Source: an uncultured cyanobacterium (GTDB lineage: Bacteria; Cyanobacteriota; Cyanobacteriia; Cyanobacteriales; Microcystaceae). From it: 64,000 bases of DNA. How positions within the stretch are numbered: position 1 is the first letter of the stretch; every line of letters starts with the position of its first letter. The notes under the pieces were generated by a model. That model was not told the DNA's origin. It did not search any database and was given only the letters and a program-made list of their open reading frames with translations. The position numbers and the translations under genes are program-made. The stretch spans positions 29,965 through 93,964 of the forward strand of contig CAWEDJ010000105.1 in the NCBI GenBank assembly GCA_963807635.1, written 5' to 3'. This document shows positions 21,734 to 30,635 of the stretch, in pieces.

Positions 21734-22030
21734 ATGCTTGATCAAGAACAGGTTCATAAAATCGCTCATTTAGCTCGATTAGAGATTACTGCCGAGGAAG
21801 AAACCCAATTTGCGGGTCAACTGAGTAGTATTTTGGCTTACTTTGAACAACTCAGTGAGCTAGATACCACCGATGTTCCACCCACCACACGGGCGATTGA
21901 GTTAAGTAACGTGACTCGTCCCGATCGCTCGGTGGTTTACGACCATCAGGAAGATTTATTGAGCCAAGCTCCTGAACAGGAAGGAGAATTTTTCCGCGTT
22001 CCGCAAATCCTCAATACGGATGAAGAGTGA
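21734..22030 (+). CDS. gatC: Asp/Glu-tRNA amidotransferase subunit C
   Basis: [17 protein letters not shown]...FFRVPQIL. Confidence 0.95.
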   Translation: MLDQEQVHKIAHLARLEITAEEETQFAGQLSSILAYFEQLSELDTTDVPPTTRAIELSNVTRPDRSVVYDHQEDLLSQAPEQEGEFFRVPQILNTDEE

Positions 22031-22050
22031 TCCGTGTTATACTAGTTTTT

Positions 22051-22144
22051 GACTCGGACTCATGCGATCGCAACGCCCAAATCTTGTCAGGACCGGAAGG
22101 TAGCAGCAATACGGGATGCTTACGGTAGGCGTGATCTCCGGGTC
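22051..22144 (+). ncRNA. ffs: Signal recognition particle 4.5S RNA
   Basis: Conserved TCAGGACCGGAAGGTAGCAGC loop; closing stem GACTCGGA/TCCGGGTC; TATACT -10 element just upstream. Confidence 0.93.
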
Positions 22145-22291
22145 TTTTGTTTGAATTTGGCTCAAAAAGTTCAATAATCTCAAAAAAATCTATACTTTTC
22201 CAAAATCCTCTCAATTCGGTTTAGGAAGAGAAGACCGACTAATGGTATTCTAAAAAGTGTTAACTTATGATGACAGAGAGGCAGCGAAGCC

Positions 22292-22399
22292 ATGCAGGTT
22301 AATAATTTAGGCTTTATCGCTAGTATTCTATTTGTGTTGGTTCCGACTGTGTTTTTGCTGATTCTGTATATTCAAACAGGCAAGCAGGGCCAAAGTTAA
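22292..22399 (+). CDS. psbM: Photosystem II protein M
   Basis: [35 protein letters not shown]; too short for the ORF track. Confidence 0.95.
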   Translation: MQVNNLGFIASILFVLVPTVFLLILYIQTGKQGQS

Positions 22400-22579
22400 G
22401 CCATTTTTTGATACAGCTATATTAAATTATTTAACATGGGGCCAGCAGTTTAATCCTGTCACCCCATCTTTTTTTGTATAAAAAATTTGCCTTGTCACCA
22501 ATACCTAATAATTTCTAACAAGGGGCTTAAGCCCCTTGCCTATATACATTTTGAATGACGAACAGCTTATTACCCAACA

Positions 22580-23329
22580 ATGGATTTAGTTTTTTCTGAA
22601 GCTCCCAGTGTCGAAATTAGTCGGTTATTGATTTTAGTTCCCCAGGGCGCAGAATATCAGGCAGTTGTAGGAGCCATTAAAAATAAGACCTATTCCCCTG
22701 TTATTTCAGCCACTCCAGTCGGAAAACTTGCCGTTGCCAAATATCTCCACGAGTGGCGACAGAATAATCCTGATTTTTCGCCTACTGGAGTAATATTAAT
22801 GGGTTTAGGGGGCAGTTTATCGGCAGAATTTAGTTTAGGTCAAGCCGTTTTATTAGAATCCTGTCTCAACTATCAAAATGATCAAGCCGATCAGGAGCAA
22901 TACAGCGATCGCATCTTAACCGACTGGGTTGAACAAAAATTAGGTAGAAATCTTCGACGGGTTCAGGGTTTAACCAGCGATCGCGTTATTACAGACGCAA
23001 CAGAAAAACAGGCATTGGGAAAACGTTTTAACTGCCAGGTTGTGGAGATGGAAGGTTGGGCTGTTTTAAGTTTTTTTAGGGAATTAGGAATTCCTGCCGC
23101 TATTATCAGGGTGATTAGTGATGAAGTGGGCCAGTCTTTACCCGATCTCAGCAAAATTTATAATAACCAAGGCCAATTAAACGCGATCGCCCTAAGTTTA
23201 GCTTTAGGGAAACAACCGATCGCAGGATACAAACTAATTGTAGGTTCCCTCAAATCTTTGAAAACCTTAAACAAGATCACAAAAAAACTTTTATTTAGCT
23301 CTATTAACGATGATGATTTTGACCCCTAA
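22580..23329 (+). CDS. Nucleoside phosphorylase-family protein
   Basis: ILVPQGAEY, GLGGSL, VVEMEG, IRVISD motifs. Confidence 0.75.
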   Translation: MDLVFSEAPSVEISRLLILVPQGAEYQAVVGAIKNKTYSPVISATPVGKLAVAKYLHEWRQNNPDFSPTGVILMGLGGSLSAEFSLGQAVLLESCLNYQNDQADQEQYSDRILTDWVEQKLGRNLRRVQGLTSDRVITDATEKQALGKRFNCQVVEMEGWAVLSFFRELGIPAAIIRVISDEVGQSLPDLSKIYNNQGQLNAIALSLALGKQPIAGYKLIVGSLKSLKTLNKITKKLLFSSINDDDFDP

Positions 23330-23417
23330 AACAATCTGGTTAATTTTTTGACAAATCTCTAGCAATTTTATCCATCTTTCGGTAAACTCAGGGAGTCTTC
23401 TCTAAACCTCATTTCCA

Positions 23418-24491
23418 ATGAAAGCCCTCATTCTCTCTGGTGGAAAAGGAACTCGTTTAAGACCGCTCACCTACACAGGAGCCAAACAACTCGTCCCCGT
23501 TGCCAATAAACCTATTCTTTGGTATGGAATTGAGTCAATTGTAGCGGCTGGAATCATAGATATTGGCATTATTATTAGCCCTGAAACGGGAGAAGAGATT
23601 AGGGAAAAAACAGGAAATGGCGATCGCTTTGGTGCAAAAATTACCTATATCTATCAAGACCAGCCTCTAGGTTTAGCCCATGCCGTTAAAGTGGCGCGAC
23701 CCTTTTTAGGGGATTCTCCCTTCGTCATGTATTTAGGCGATAATTTGATTCAAGACGGTCTAGGGCAATTTTTACAGACTTTTACAGAAAAAAAACTAGA
23801 TGCCTTAATTTTATTACGCACAGTCAGCAATCCTACCGCTTTTGGTGTGGCGAAAGTGGATGAACAAGGTCGGGTTTTGGCATTAGTAGAAAAGCCGAAA
23901 GTGCCTCCCTCTAATTTGGCCCTCGTGGGACTTTATTTCTTTGCACCTTCCATTCATCAGGCGATCGATTCTATCCAACCTTCTGCCAGGGGAGAATTAG
24001 AAATTACTGATGCGATTCAGGCCTTAATTAATCAATCTCAAAAAGTTGAAGCACTCCAATTAGAAGGGTGGTGGTTAGACACAGGCAAAAAAGATGATTT
24101 ACTGGCGGCAAATCAAATTATTCTCGATAGTATTTTAGTCAATAGTAATCAAGGTAATATTGATGCCCAGAGTCAGATTTCGGGTCGGGTGACCATCGGT
24201 AAAAATTCTCAAATTATTAATAGTACTATTCGCGGCCCCGTGATTATTGGTGAAAATTGTCAGATCGAAAATTGTTTTATCGGCCCCTTTTCGAGTATCG
24301 GCGATCGCGTCATTCTCCAAGATGCGGATCTAGAACATAGTGTTATCTTACAATCAGCCCAAGTAATCGGTATTCAACAACGAATTGTGGATAGCGTGAT
24401 TGGACAACGGGCAAAACTGGCGATCGCGCCCCAACGTCCTAAGGCGTTAAGATTTCTGATTGGAGATGATTCTCAAATTGAGTTAGTTTAG
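23418..24491 (+). CDS. Glucose-1-phosphate thymidylyltransferase (long form)
   Basis: LSGGKGTRLRPLT, KQLVPVANKP, RGELEITD, WLDTG; C-terminal hexapeptide repeats. Confidence 0.93.
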   Translation: MKALILSGGKGTRLRPLTYTGAKQLVPVANKPILWYGIESIVAAGIIDIGIIISPETGEEIREKTGNGDRFGAKITYIYQDQPLGLAHAVKVARPFLGDSPFVMYLGDNLIQDGLGQFLQTFTEKKLDALILLRTVSNPTAFGVAKVDEQGRVLALVEKPKVPPSNLALVGLYFFAPSIHQAIDSIQPSARGELEITDAIQALINQSQKVEALQLEGWWLDTGKKDDLLAANQIILDSILVNSNQGNIDAQSQISGRVTIGKNSQIINSTIRGPVIIGENCQIENCFIGPFSSIGDRVILQDADLEHSVILQSAQVIGIQQRIVDSVIGQRAKLAIAPQRPKALRFLIGDDSQIELV

Positions 24492-24546
24492 TCTCAAATC
24501 CAGCCTGAAACAATATATTTCTTTGTTAAAATTCCCTAAAAATCGA

Positions 24547-25532
24547 ATGATACAAAATCAGATTCAATCCTCTCTAACTCCGCGCAAAGTCTTTATTATT
24601 CTTTCTTCCCGTGCCTTGCCCTACGCAGAAAAAGGCATTAGTAGTTTATTCAAAAATGTTTTAGAACCGATCAACTTGACTCTCATTACTGATACTGAAG
24701 AAGATAAAAAATTAATTTATGAAACCGTCAGTCCTCTAGAAAATCCCAGTCTTCACCCCTGGCAAATTTTTAATCAAGCAGAAGCCGATGAAAGAGCAGA
24801 AGCACAATTTAAGCAATTTACCAATTTTAAACTCTTCCGACAAGGGCATCCTTGCTGGCGAAAAATAACCGATCCTCTTCTTTTTAGTCAAGATAAAGAA
24901 GAAATGATCATCTTAGATCCAGACCTATTTTTCCCTAATCAATTTACCTTTGAAACTACACCGACAGACTCTTTATTATTAATGTGGCAACCGCCGAACT
25001 GCCTCTTTCCTCCCGAATCGGTGATTGCCGCTTTTAATGCCCCCGTCAAACTTGCTCACCATGTAGATATTGGTGTTGCCCAAGTCAGAAAAATCATTGA
25101 TCTCGAATGGCTGGATTGGTTTATCGGCCAACTTGGTGGAAAAGATATCCCCCGCATTATGCACGTCGAGGCGATCGTTTGGTACCGCCCTAGCCATGAA
25201 AATGGGAGGAGGCTATTTAGATCCTGAGCGTTGGCTTTGCTGGCACCGTAGCCACGTCAAACGAATTTTAATTAAATTAGGAACACCAGGAAGTCGCCTG
25301 CTTCAAAGAGAAAATCTCAAAAATGCCAAATGTTTTCACGCTTGTGGAATGTCAAAATGGTGGGTCAAGGAAGCCTGCGAAGCGGGACTATTAAATAGCA
25401 CCTCAAAGATTAGACCAACCTTCCCAACCCAAGCCTTTCATTGAGCTAACTCGACAAGCCTACGATTTAGAACAAAATTTGAAGGGATTACTCTGGAAAA
25501 TTGGCTATTATTCACTTATCAATCCTGATTAA
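24547..25532 (+). CDS. Hypothetical protein, possibly GT-A glycosyltransferase-like; two apparent frameshifts (about 25183 and 25410)
   Basis: ILDPD (DxD) motif; coding sequence continues across frames to YYSLINPD*; glycan-cluster context. Confidence 0.6.
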
Positions 25533-25663
25533 AATCGACTAATTGATCCTCATCCAGACTTATCTCCTTAGAATTTCTGCATAGAATTCAAAAAAATTAA
25601 ACACAAAAAGTTAAACAAAAAGTCATTTTAATAAATTACACAACTAAATTAAGGAGGGTAAAA

Positions 25664-26416
25664 ATGACAGAAAATACTGATAAAGCTTGGGAAAAATATG
25701 GAGAAATAGATCCGTATTTCGGAGTATTGAATCTAGAAAAATTTCGCAATCAAAGTTTAAATCCAGAGGTATTACAAGATTTTTTTGCTAGTGGTAATGA
25801 TCATATTGCCCAAATACTATCCAATATTCGTAAATATATTGATCCTAATTTTCAAGTAATTAATTCTCTCGATTTTGGTTGTGGAGTTGGAAGACTAGTA
25901 ATTCCTTTAGCAAAAATTTCGGAGTCCTCTGTTGGAATAGATGTCTCTGAATCAATGCTCGCCGAAGCTAGAAAAAATTGTGAATTATATTCAATTCATA
26001 ATATTGATTTAGTTAAATCAGATGATTCTTTATCGAAATTAGCAGGAAAAAAATTTAATTTAATTCATTCCTATATTGTTTTTCAACATATTACAACTCA
26101 TCGCGGTGAAGCAATTTTAGAAAAGCTCTTGGATTGTCTTGAAGAGGGTGGGGTAGGTGTTTTGCATTTTAACTATGCCAGTATTGAACCTACCTCACGC
26201 CAAATACAATACTATCTTCGTCGATTTGTTCCTGGTGTCAATGGTTTAGTGAATATTATAAAAGGAAGAAAGTTTAGTTATCCTATGATGCAAATGAATC
26301 GATATCAGTTAAATCGAATATTTAAAATATTGCAGAAAAGGAATATTACAAATTTATACGTTGATTTAACTAATGATAGTTTTAACTTAGGGGCAATCAT
26401 CTATTTTCAGAAATAA
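25664..26416 (+). CDS. Class I SAM-dependent methyltransferase
   Basis: LDFGCGVGR, GIDVSESML. Confidence 0.88.
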   Translation: MTENTDKAWEKYGEIDPYFGVLNLEKFRNQSLNPEVLQDFFASGNDHIAQILSNIRKYIDPNFQVINSLDFGCGVGRLVIPLAKISESSVGIDVSESMLAEARKNCELYSIHNIDLVKSDDSLSKLAGKKFNLIHSYIVFQHITTHRGEAILEKLLDCLEEGGVGVLHFNYASIEPTSRQIQYYLRRFVPGVNGLVNIIKGRKFSYPMMQMNRYQLNRIFKILQKRNITNLYVDLTNDSFNLGAIIYFQK

Positions 26417-26429
26417 AAACGATCTAAAA

Positions 26430-27773
26430 ATGATATCTTCTGACCTTCGAGTTTTGATAATCGCTGAACACGCATCCCTAAATTTTGGTGGTGAAGCCGC
26501 TTTACCTCTGCATTATTTTCGCGTTCTTCGTAAACGTGGCATCGAAACTTGGTTAATTGTTCATGAACGCACAAAAACAGAACTCCAATCAAGATTTCCA
26601 GACGATATTAATCGGATATATTTTGTCCCTGATACATTTTTGCATCGTTTACTTTGCAAACTAGGCAGTTCTTTGCCCCATAGGATATCTTTTTTTACTT
26701 TTGGTTTTTTATTAAGATTACTTACCCAGAGTCTTCAGAGAGGTCTGGCTAAACAAATTATTAGAGAGCAAAAAATAGATATTATTCATCAACCTATTCC
26801 TGTCTCTCCTAAAGATCCTTCAATGCTTTTTGACTTAGGCGTACCAATTATTATTGGTCCAATGAATGGGGGAATGAATTATCCCCCTGCATTTCAAAAA
26901 ATGCAAAGTAGATTGGTGGGAGCAGCAATAAGTTTTGGACGTGCTTTATCTAGCTTTATGAACGTTGTTATCCCAGGTAAAGTTAAGGCAACAACCTTAT
27001 TAGTTGCTAATGCACGAACAAGAGAAGCTCTGCCGTCAAGCGTTCGAGAGGTTCCTACGATTGAACTAGTTGAAAATGGGGTAGATTTATCCTTATGGAT
27101 CAAAGATTTATCAGAAAAAATTGAGCCAAACGAAGAAAAATTTCAGGAAAAAGATCAATCAAATTTCACTCGTTTTGTCTTTATTGGAAGGTTAGTCGAT
27201 TGGAAAGCAGTTGATTTGTTGTTAATCGCTTTTAAACAGGTATTAGAAAAAATCCCTGCTCGGTTAGATATTATTGGAGAGGGAGACCAAAAAGCTAATT
27301 TAGAAGAAATTGCTAGAAATTTAAGTTTAATATCTTCTTCAAACGAGTTAAACTCTGATTTCTCTCAAACCAACCTTCGCTTTTTGGGGTGGTTATCCCA
27401 AGCTGATTGCGCTAAACAATTAGGAGAATCCGATGTTTTGGTTTTACCGAGTTTGTATGAATGTGGTGGTGCTGTTGTGTTAGAAGCGATGGCTTTGTCC
27501 TTACCCGTCATTGCAACTAATTGGGGCGGCCCTGCGGACTATCTGGATGATTCCTGCGGAATTTTGGTCAATCCAGATTCTAGGGAAGGCTTGATTTATG
27601 GCTTGGCGACGGCCATGTTCGATTTAGCGAATTCTCCTGAACTGCGACAATCTATGGGGAAAGCGGGAGCGCAAAGGGTCGTGAATTTTTTTGATTGGGA
27701 TAAGAAGGGAGAAAAAATTCTGGAAATTTATCAGGATAGTATTGATCGATATTCTCAGACGAGAAAACTCTAG
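26430..27773 (+). CDS. Glycosyltransferase family 4
   Basis: GRLVDWKA, PSLYECGGAVVLEAMA. Confidence 0.9.
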   Translation: MISSDLRVLIIAEHASLNFGGEAALPLHYFRVLRKRGIETWLIVHERTKTELQSRFPDDINRIYFVPDTFLHRLLCKLGSSLPHRISFFTFGFLLRLLTQSLQRGLAKQIIREQKIDIIHQPIPVSPKDPSMLFDLGVPIIIGPMNGGMNYPPAFQKMQSRLVGAAISFGRALSSFMNVVIPGKVKATTLLVANARTREALPSSVREVPTIELVENGVDLSLWIKDLSEKIEPNEEKFQEKDQSNFTRFVFIGRLVDWKAVDLLLIAFKQVLEKIPARLDIIGEGDQKANLEEIARNLSLISSSNELNSDFSQTNLRFLGWLSQADCAKQLGESDVLVLPSLYECGGAVVLEAMALSLPVIATNWGGPADYLDDSCGILVNPDSREGLIYGLATAMFDLANSPELRQSMGKAGAQRVVNFFDWDKKGEKILEIYQDSIDRYSQTRKL

Positions 27774-27850
27774 CGGCGATCGCGTGTTTGATCTAAGACT
27801 AATTCGATTCGGATTTGGCGATGGTTTTTATTGTTTGGCGATCGCGTTAT

Positions 27851-27934
27851 TCAGTCAGTGATATTCTCGATTGAGGATGTACTTTTTAGACTTTTAATAT
27901 CTTTAATAAAAGTAGGAAGATAATTGGTTTTCAT
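27851..27934 (-). pseudogene. Truncated RelE/ParE-type toxin remnant
   Basis: ATGA overlap with the antitoxin; MKTNYLPTFIKDIKSLKSTSSIENITD* ends after 27 codons, next to a HIP1 site. Confidence 0.55.
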
Positions 27935-28134
27935 TCTTTTTCTAATTCAATTAGGGCTTCCTCAAGGCTTAAGGGAGTTTCGCCTTTAACGTCTATCATG
28001 GCACGATAGAGTCCTTCATCTTCGTGGGTTTCAATCATTTGTTGATAATCTTCAAAGTTAATGATGGCTTGCTGAATATGACCTTGATTATCAATAATCA
28101 ATTCTTGAGCTAAGGGATAATCTTTTATGTTCAT
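27931..28134 (-). CDS. Putative antitoxin
   Basis: 67-aa acidic protein (EDEGLYRAM...SLEEAL) coupled to the toxin remnant. Confidence 0.65.
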   Translation of the reverse strand: MNIKDYPLAQELIIDNQGHIQQAIINFEDYQQMIETHEDEGLYRAMIDVKGETPLSLEEALIELEKE

Positions 28135-28139
28135 GATTT

Positions 28140-28268
28140 TTACTCATTGTTATAGGGTTTTGAATTTTCTGCTAATGTAGCCTGAATTTTGGGTAGGAGG
28201 TCTTCGCAGTCTTGAAGGAGGGGAATTTCCAGTTGTTGAGTGAGAATGGGAGCTACTGACAAATGGCT
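28140..28268 (-). repeat. Orphan copy R3 (most diverged) of the NB-ARC-TPR gene 3' end
   Basis: Translates as LTQQLEIPLLQDCEDLLPKIQATLAENSKPYNNE*. Confidence 0.75.
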
Positions 28269-28490
28269 TTACAGATTAAGGAATTCATCAATGCTAACTT
28301 GGCATTGTTTGAGAATATTATGAAGAGTCCCTTATCGGATTTCTTTATGATGAGGAATAGTGGTTTTTAAGCGCGTTTGAGGATTAAACCAAATTTCATG
28401 ATCGCCTTTACCTGTTCGATAAAATTCAAAGCCTATTTTTCTCAGTTTGCGGATGACTTCTCGGTAAGTAAAGCCAGATAGCTTGCCCAT
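28269..28490 (-). pseudogene. hicA: HicA toxin with in-frame TAA at 28332-28334
   Basis: MGKLSGFTYREVIRKLRKIGFEFYRTGKGDHEIWFNPQTRLKTTIPHHKEIR*GTLHNILKQCQVSIDEFLNL*. Confidence 0.8.
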
Positions 28491-28492
28491 TT

Positions 28493-28732
28493 CTACGATG
28501 CCATAAGGGGAATTTGAAAGTGACTTGCGGTCGTCAAGGTGATACAGGGATGTTCAGCTTTTGTTTGATCAAGTTCCAACAGGATCGGAATCAAATCTTT
28601 AGCGATTTCGATCGCCGCGTCTATGGTATCGGCTTCGGCAACGAGTCCTTGAATGTCGGGACTGGTCGCTACAAAGTAATTTTGATTGTTTTCTTGGCAG
28701 TATTCGATATTGAGGATAATTTGGTTTTGCAT
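28493..28732 (-). CDS. HicB-like (DUF1902-type) antitoxin
   Basis: YFVATSPDIQGLVAEADT; directly upstream of hicA. Confidence 0.75.
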   Translation of the reverse strand: MQNQIILNIEYCQENNQNYFVATSPDIQGLVAEADTIDAAIEIAKDLIPILLELDQTKAEHPCITLTTASHFQIPLMAS

Positions 28733-28779
28733 ATTGATCAATATTTTAAAATGGATAGAAAAAGTCAATTTTTTTGATA

Positions 28780-28885
28780 CTAGCTATTGTCCCCTAAGTT
28801 TTCCTGAATTTTTGCTAGGAGTTCTTCGCAGTCTTTGATTAAAGGAATACCTATTTCTTGGAAGAAGGTGAGGTCAGCTTGGCAA
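28780..28885 (-). repeat. Orphan copy R2 of the NB-ARC-TPR gene 3' end
   Basis: CQADLTFFQEIGIPLIKDCEELLAKIQENLGDNS*; homology with 30440-30740 extends through 28570-28885. Confidence 0.88.
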
Positions 28886-29094
28886 TTAGAGTAAGTCTTG
28901 TTCAGACAGATTGGCAATTCTCATCAATGATTTGAGAGTACCAAGTTTTAAGTCTTGGTTACGATGGACTGGGATAGACAAAATTTGCTGACTATCTGGT
29001 TTTTGATAAATGTGGTGACTGCCTGATACTCGTTTTAAAAGCCATCCTTGTTGCTCAACAATTTTACAGAGTTTTTTCCTGAAATGGATTTCAT
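28886..29094 (-). CDS. hicA: HicA toxin, with one base apparently missing in an A-run near 29075
   Basis: MKSISGK / LCKIVEQQGWLLKRVSGSHHIY...SIPVHRNQDLKLGTLKSLMRIA; GSH motif. Confidence 0.8.
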
Positions 29095-29294
29095 AGGGCA
29101 ATTTCCACTAGCTGATCGTTGGTGCTGGGTTGACTGGATTCGTTGGCGACAGCTAACCATCCTTCAATGGCATCTTTTAAATTTTCAGTGACTTCTTCAA
29201 GGTTGTCGCCCTCGGTGATGCAACCAGGGAGAGCAGGAACCTCTGCCCAGTAGCCACCTTCTTCTGCGGGATGGATAATGGCTTTAATTTTCAT
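29091..29294 (-). CDS. hicB: HicB antitoxin
   Basis: MKIKAIIHPAEEGGYWAEVPALPGCITEGDNLEEVTENLKDAIEGWL. Confidence 0.9.
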   Translation of the reverse strand: MKIKAIIHPAEEGGYWAEVPALPGCITEGDNLEEVTENLKDAIEGWLAVANESSQPSTNDQLVEIAL

Positions 29295-29324
29295 GGTGTT
29301 GTTCACTCAAATTGAATTGATAGT

Positions 29325-29473
29325 TTATTGATTATCCCCTAAGTTTTCCTGAATGTTTGCTAGAAGTTCTTCGCAGTCTTTGACTAAAGGAATGCCAAGT
29401 TCTTGGGAGAGGGCGATCGCGTTTTGGCAATGCCTGAGAGCAAGTTGGAGTTGATTGGTTTGATGGCGATCGC
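29325..29473 (-). repeat. Orphan copy R1 of the NB-ARC-TPR gene 3' end, starting at a HIP1 site
   Basis: HQTNQLQLALRHCQNAIALSQELGIPLVKDCEELLANIQENLGDNQ*. Confidence 0.9.
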
Positions 29474-29507
29474 AGTGAGAACGATTTAAACAGAAACTAA
29501 TTCAGGT

Positions 29508-29729
29508 TCATGGATTAAGTTGTAATAGTTTAGAGCAATCAACGGTTTCCATGGCAAAGGTGTTACCTTTTTGGTCGGTAAAGTCAATCAGAAAAGCTTG
29601 TTGATCAAAGGACATTAAAACGGTTCCTAGTTGTCCACGACGCAGCAAAATGGGCTGATGGGTAATTTTATGAGTAGCCGTTACATCTTCAGTTAGGGCA
29701 ACTAAGTCATATTCTTGAATGGGTTCCAT
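29508..29729 (-). CDS. DUF4926-like small protein
   Basis: EYDLVALTED...LRRGQLGTV...FTDQKGNTFAM. Confidence 0.75.
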   Translation of the reverse strand: MEPIQEYDLVALTEDVTATHKITHQPILLRRGQLGTVLMSFDQQAFLIDFTDQKGNTFAMETVDCSKLLQLNP

Positions 29730-29765
29730 AATTGGCTTAATAGATTTTTTAAGGTTGCTAAATTA

Positions 29766-30116
29766 TTAACGATAGACTTCTCTCCGATGTTTACATTGCA
29801 AGATGAGGATAATTTGCTTCGCGTCATCAATCTCATAGCGAACTCGATAATCACCAACACGCAAGCGATATTCCTGCTCGGAATTTTTTAATTTAACAAT
29901 GCCAGGCGGACGGGGTTCTATTTCCAAACCCTTGATTTTTTCGAGAATGCGATCTTTGACGGTATTGGGTAAATTATCAATCTGTTTTTCTACAGACTTA
30001 GAAATTTTGATATAGCGGTAGTCACGTGAGTGAGGTGTATTGGAGTCTTGTACAGTAAGCCTTTCAAGAATTTTATTGCCCCTCATACGACTGAATACCG
30101 CTATAACGTAGTTCAT
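29766..30116 (-). CDS. RelE toxin carrying a 31-aa in-frame MITE insertion
   Basis: PRPPGIVKLK...YRLRVGDYRVRY...HRREVYR; removing the insertion gives MNYVIKISKSVEKQIDNLP. Confidence 0.85.
   Translation of the reverse strand: MNYVIAVFSRMRGNKILERLTVQDSNTPHSRDYRYIKISKSVEKQIDNLPNTVKDRILEKIKGLEIEPRPPGIVKLKNSEQEYRLRVGDYRVRYEIDDAKQIILILQCKHRREVYR
30011..30105. mobile_element. 93-bp MITE with TA target duplication (IS630-like)
   Basis: TATAGCGGTAGTCACGTGAGTGAGGTG ... CCCCTCATACGACTGAATACCGCTATA imperfect terminal inverted repeats; related end at 54241. Confidence 0.85.
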
Positions 30117-30123
30117 TGTAATT

Positions 30124-30357
30124 TTAGTCTTTGCTCAAGTATTGATCTAAGGTCACATAGTCGCCTGATTGATATTCGGCTCGAACTGCTTGAAGTTCTG
30201 CTAGGGTTTCCTCGTCATCTTGATAGGATTCTTCTTCTTCTTCAAAAATTTGTTGTTCTAACATTTCTAATAATTGTTGTTTTTGTGATAAGTCAAGGGA
30301 GTCAATTACTTCGGCTAAGGATTCAAAGGGGATTTTTAGATTGATTGTATTTGTCAT
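30124..30357 (-). CDS. Antitoxin paired with RelE
   Basis: 77-aa acidic protein ending EYQSGDYVTLDQYL, 7 bp upstream of the RelE gene. Confidence 0.7.
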   Translation of the reverse strand: MTNTINLKIPFESLAEVIDSLDLSQKQQLLEMLEQQIFEEEEESYQDDEETLAELQAVRAEYQSGDYVTLDQYLSKD

Positions 30358-30422
30358 GGTGCTTTTATTTTTATCTGGATAAAAAGTTAGATCCCGTTAC
30401 AGATTTCTTACAAATTAAGGAA

Positions 30423-30590
30423 TTAAAAAATTTCCAATAAAATGGGAATCAAATCTTTGACGATTTCTATTACCGCGTCTATCGTATCGGCTTCGGCAAC
30501 AAGTCCTTGAATGTCGGGACTGGTCGCTACAAAATAATTTTGATTGTTTTCTTGGCAGTATTCGATATTGAGGATAATTTGATTTTGCAT
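30423..30590 (-). pseudogene. Truncated second copy of the DUF1902/HicB-like antitoxin
   Basis: MQNQIILNIEYCQENNQNYFVATSPDIQGLVAEADTIDAVIEIVKDLIPILLEIF*, near-identical to 28493-28732; followed by a short scrap resembling the hicA 3' end. Confidence 0.7.
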
Positions 30591-30635
30591 ATTGATTAAT
30601 ATTTTAAAATGGATAGAAAAGGTAATTTTTTGATA

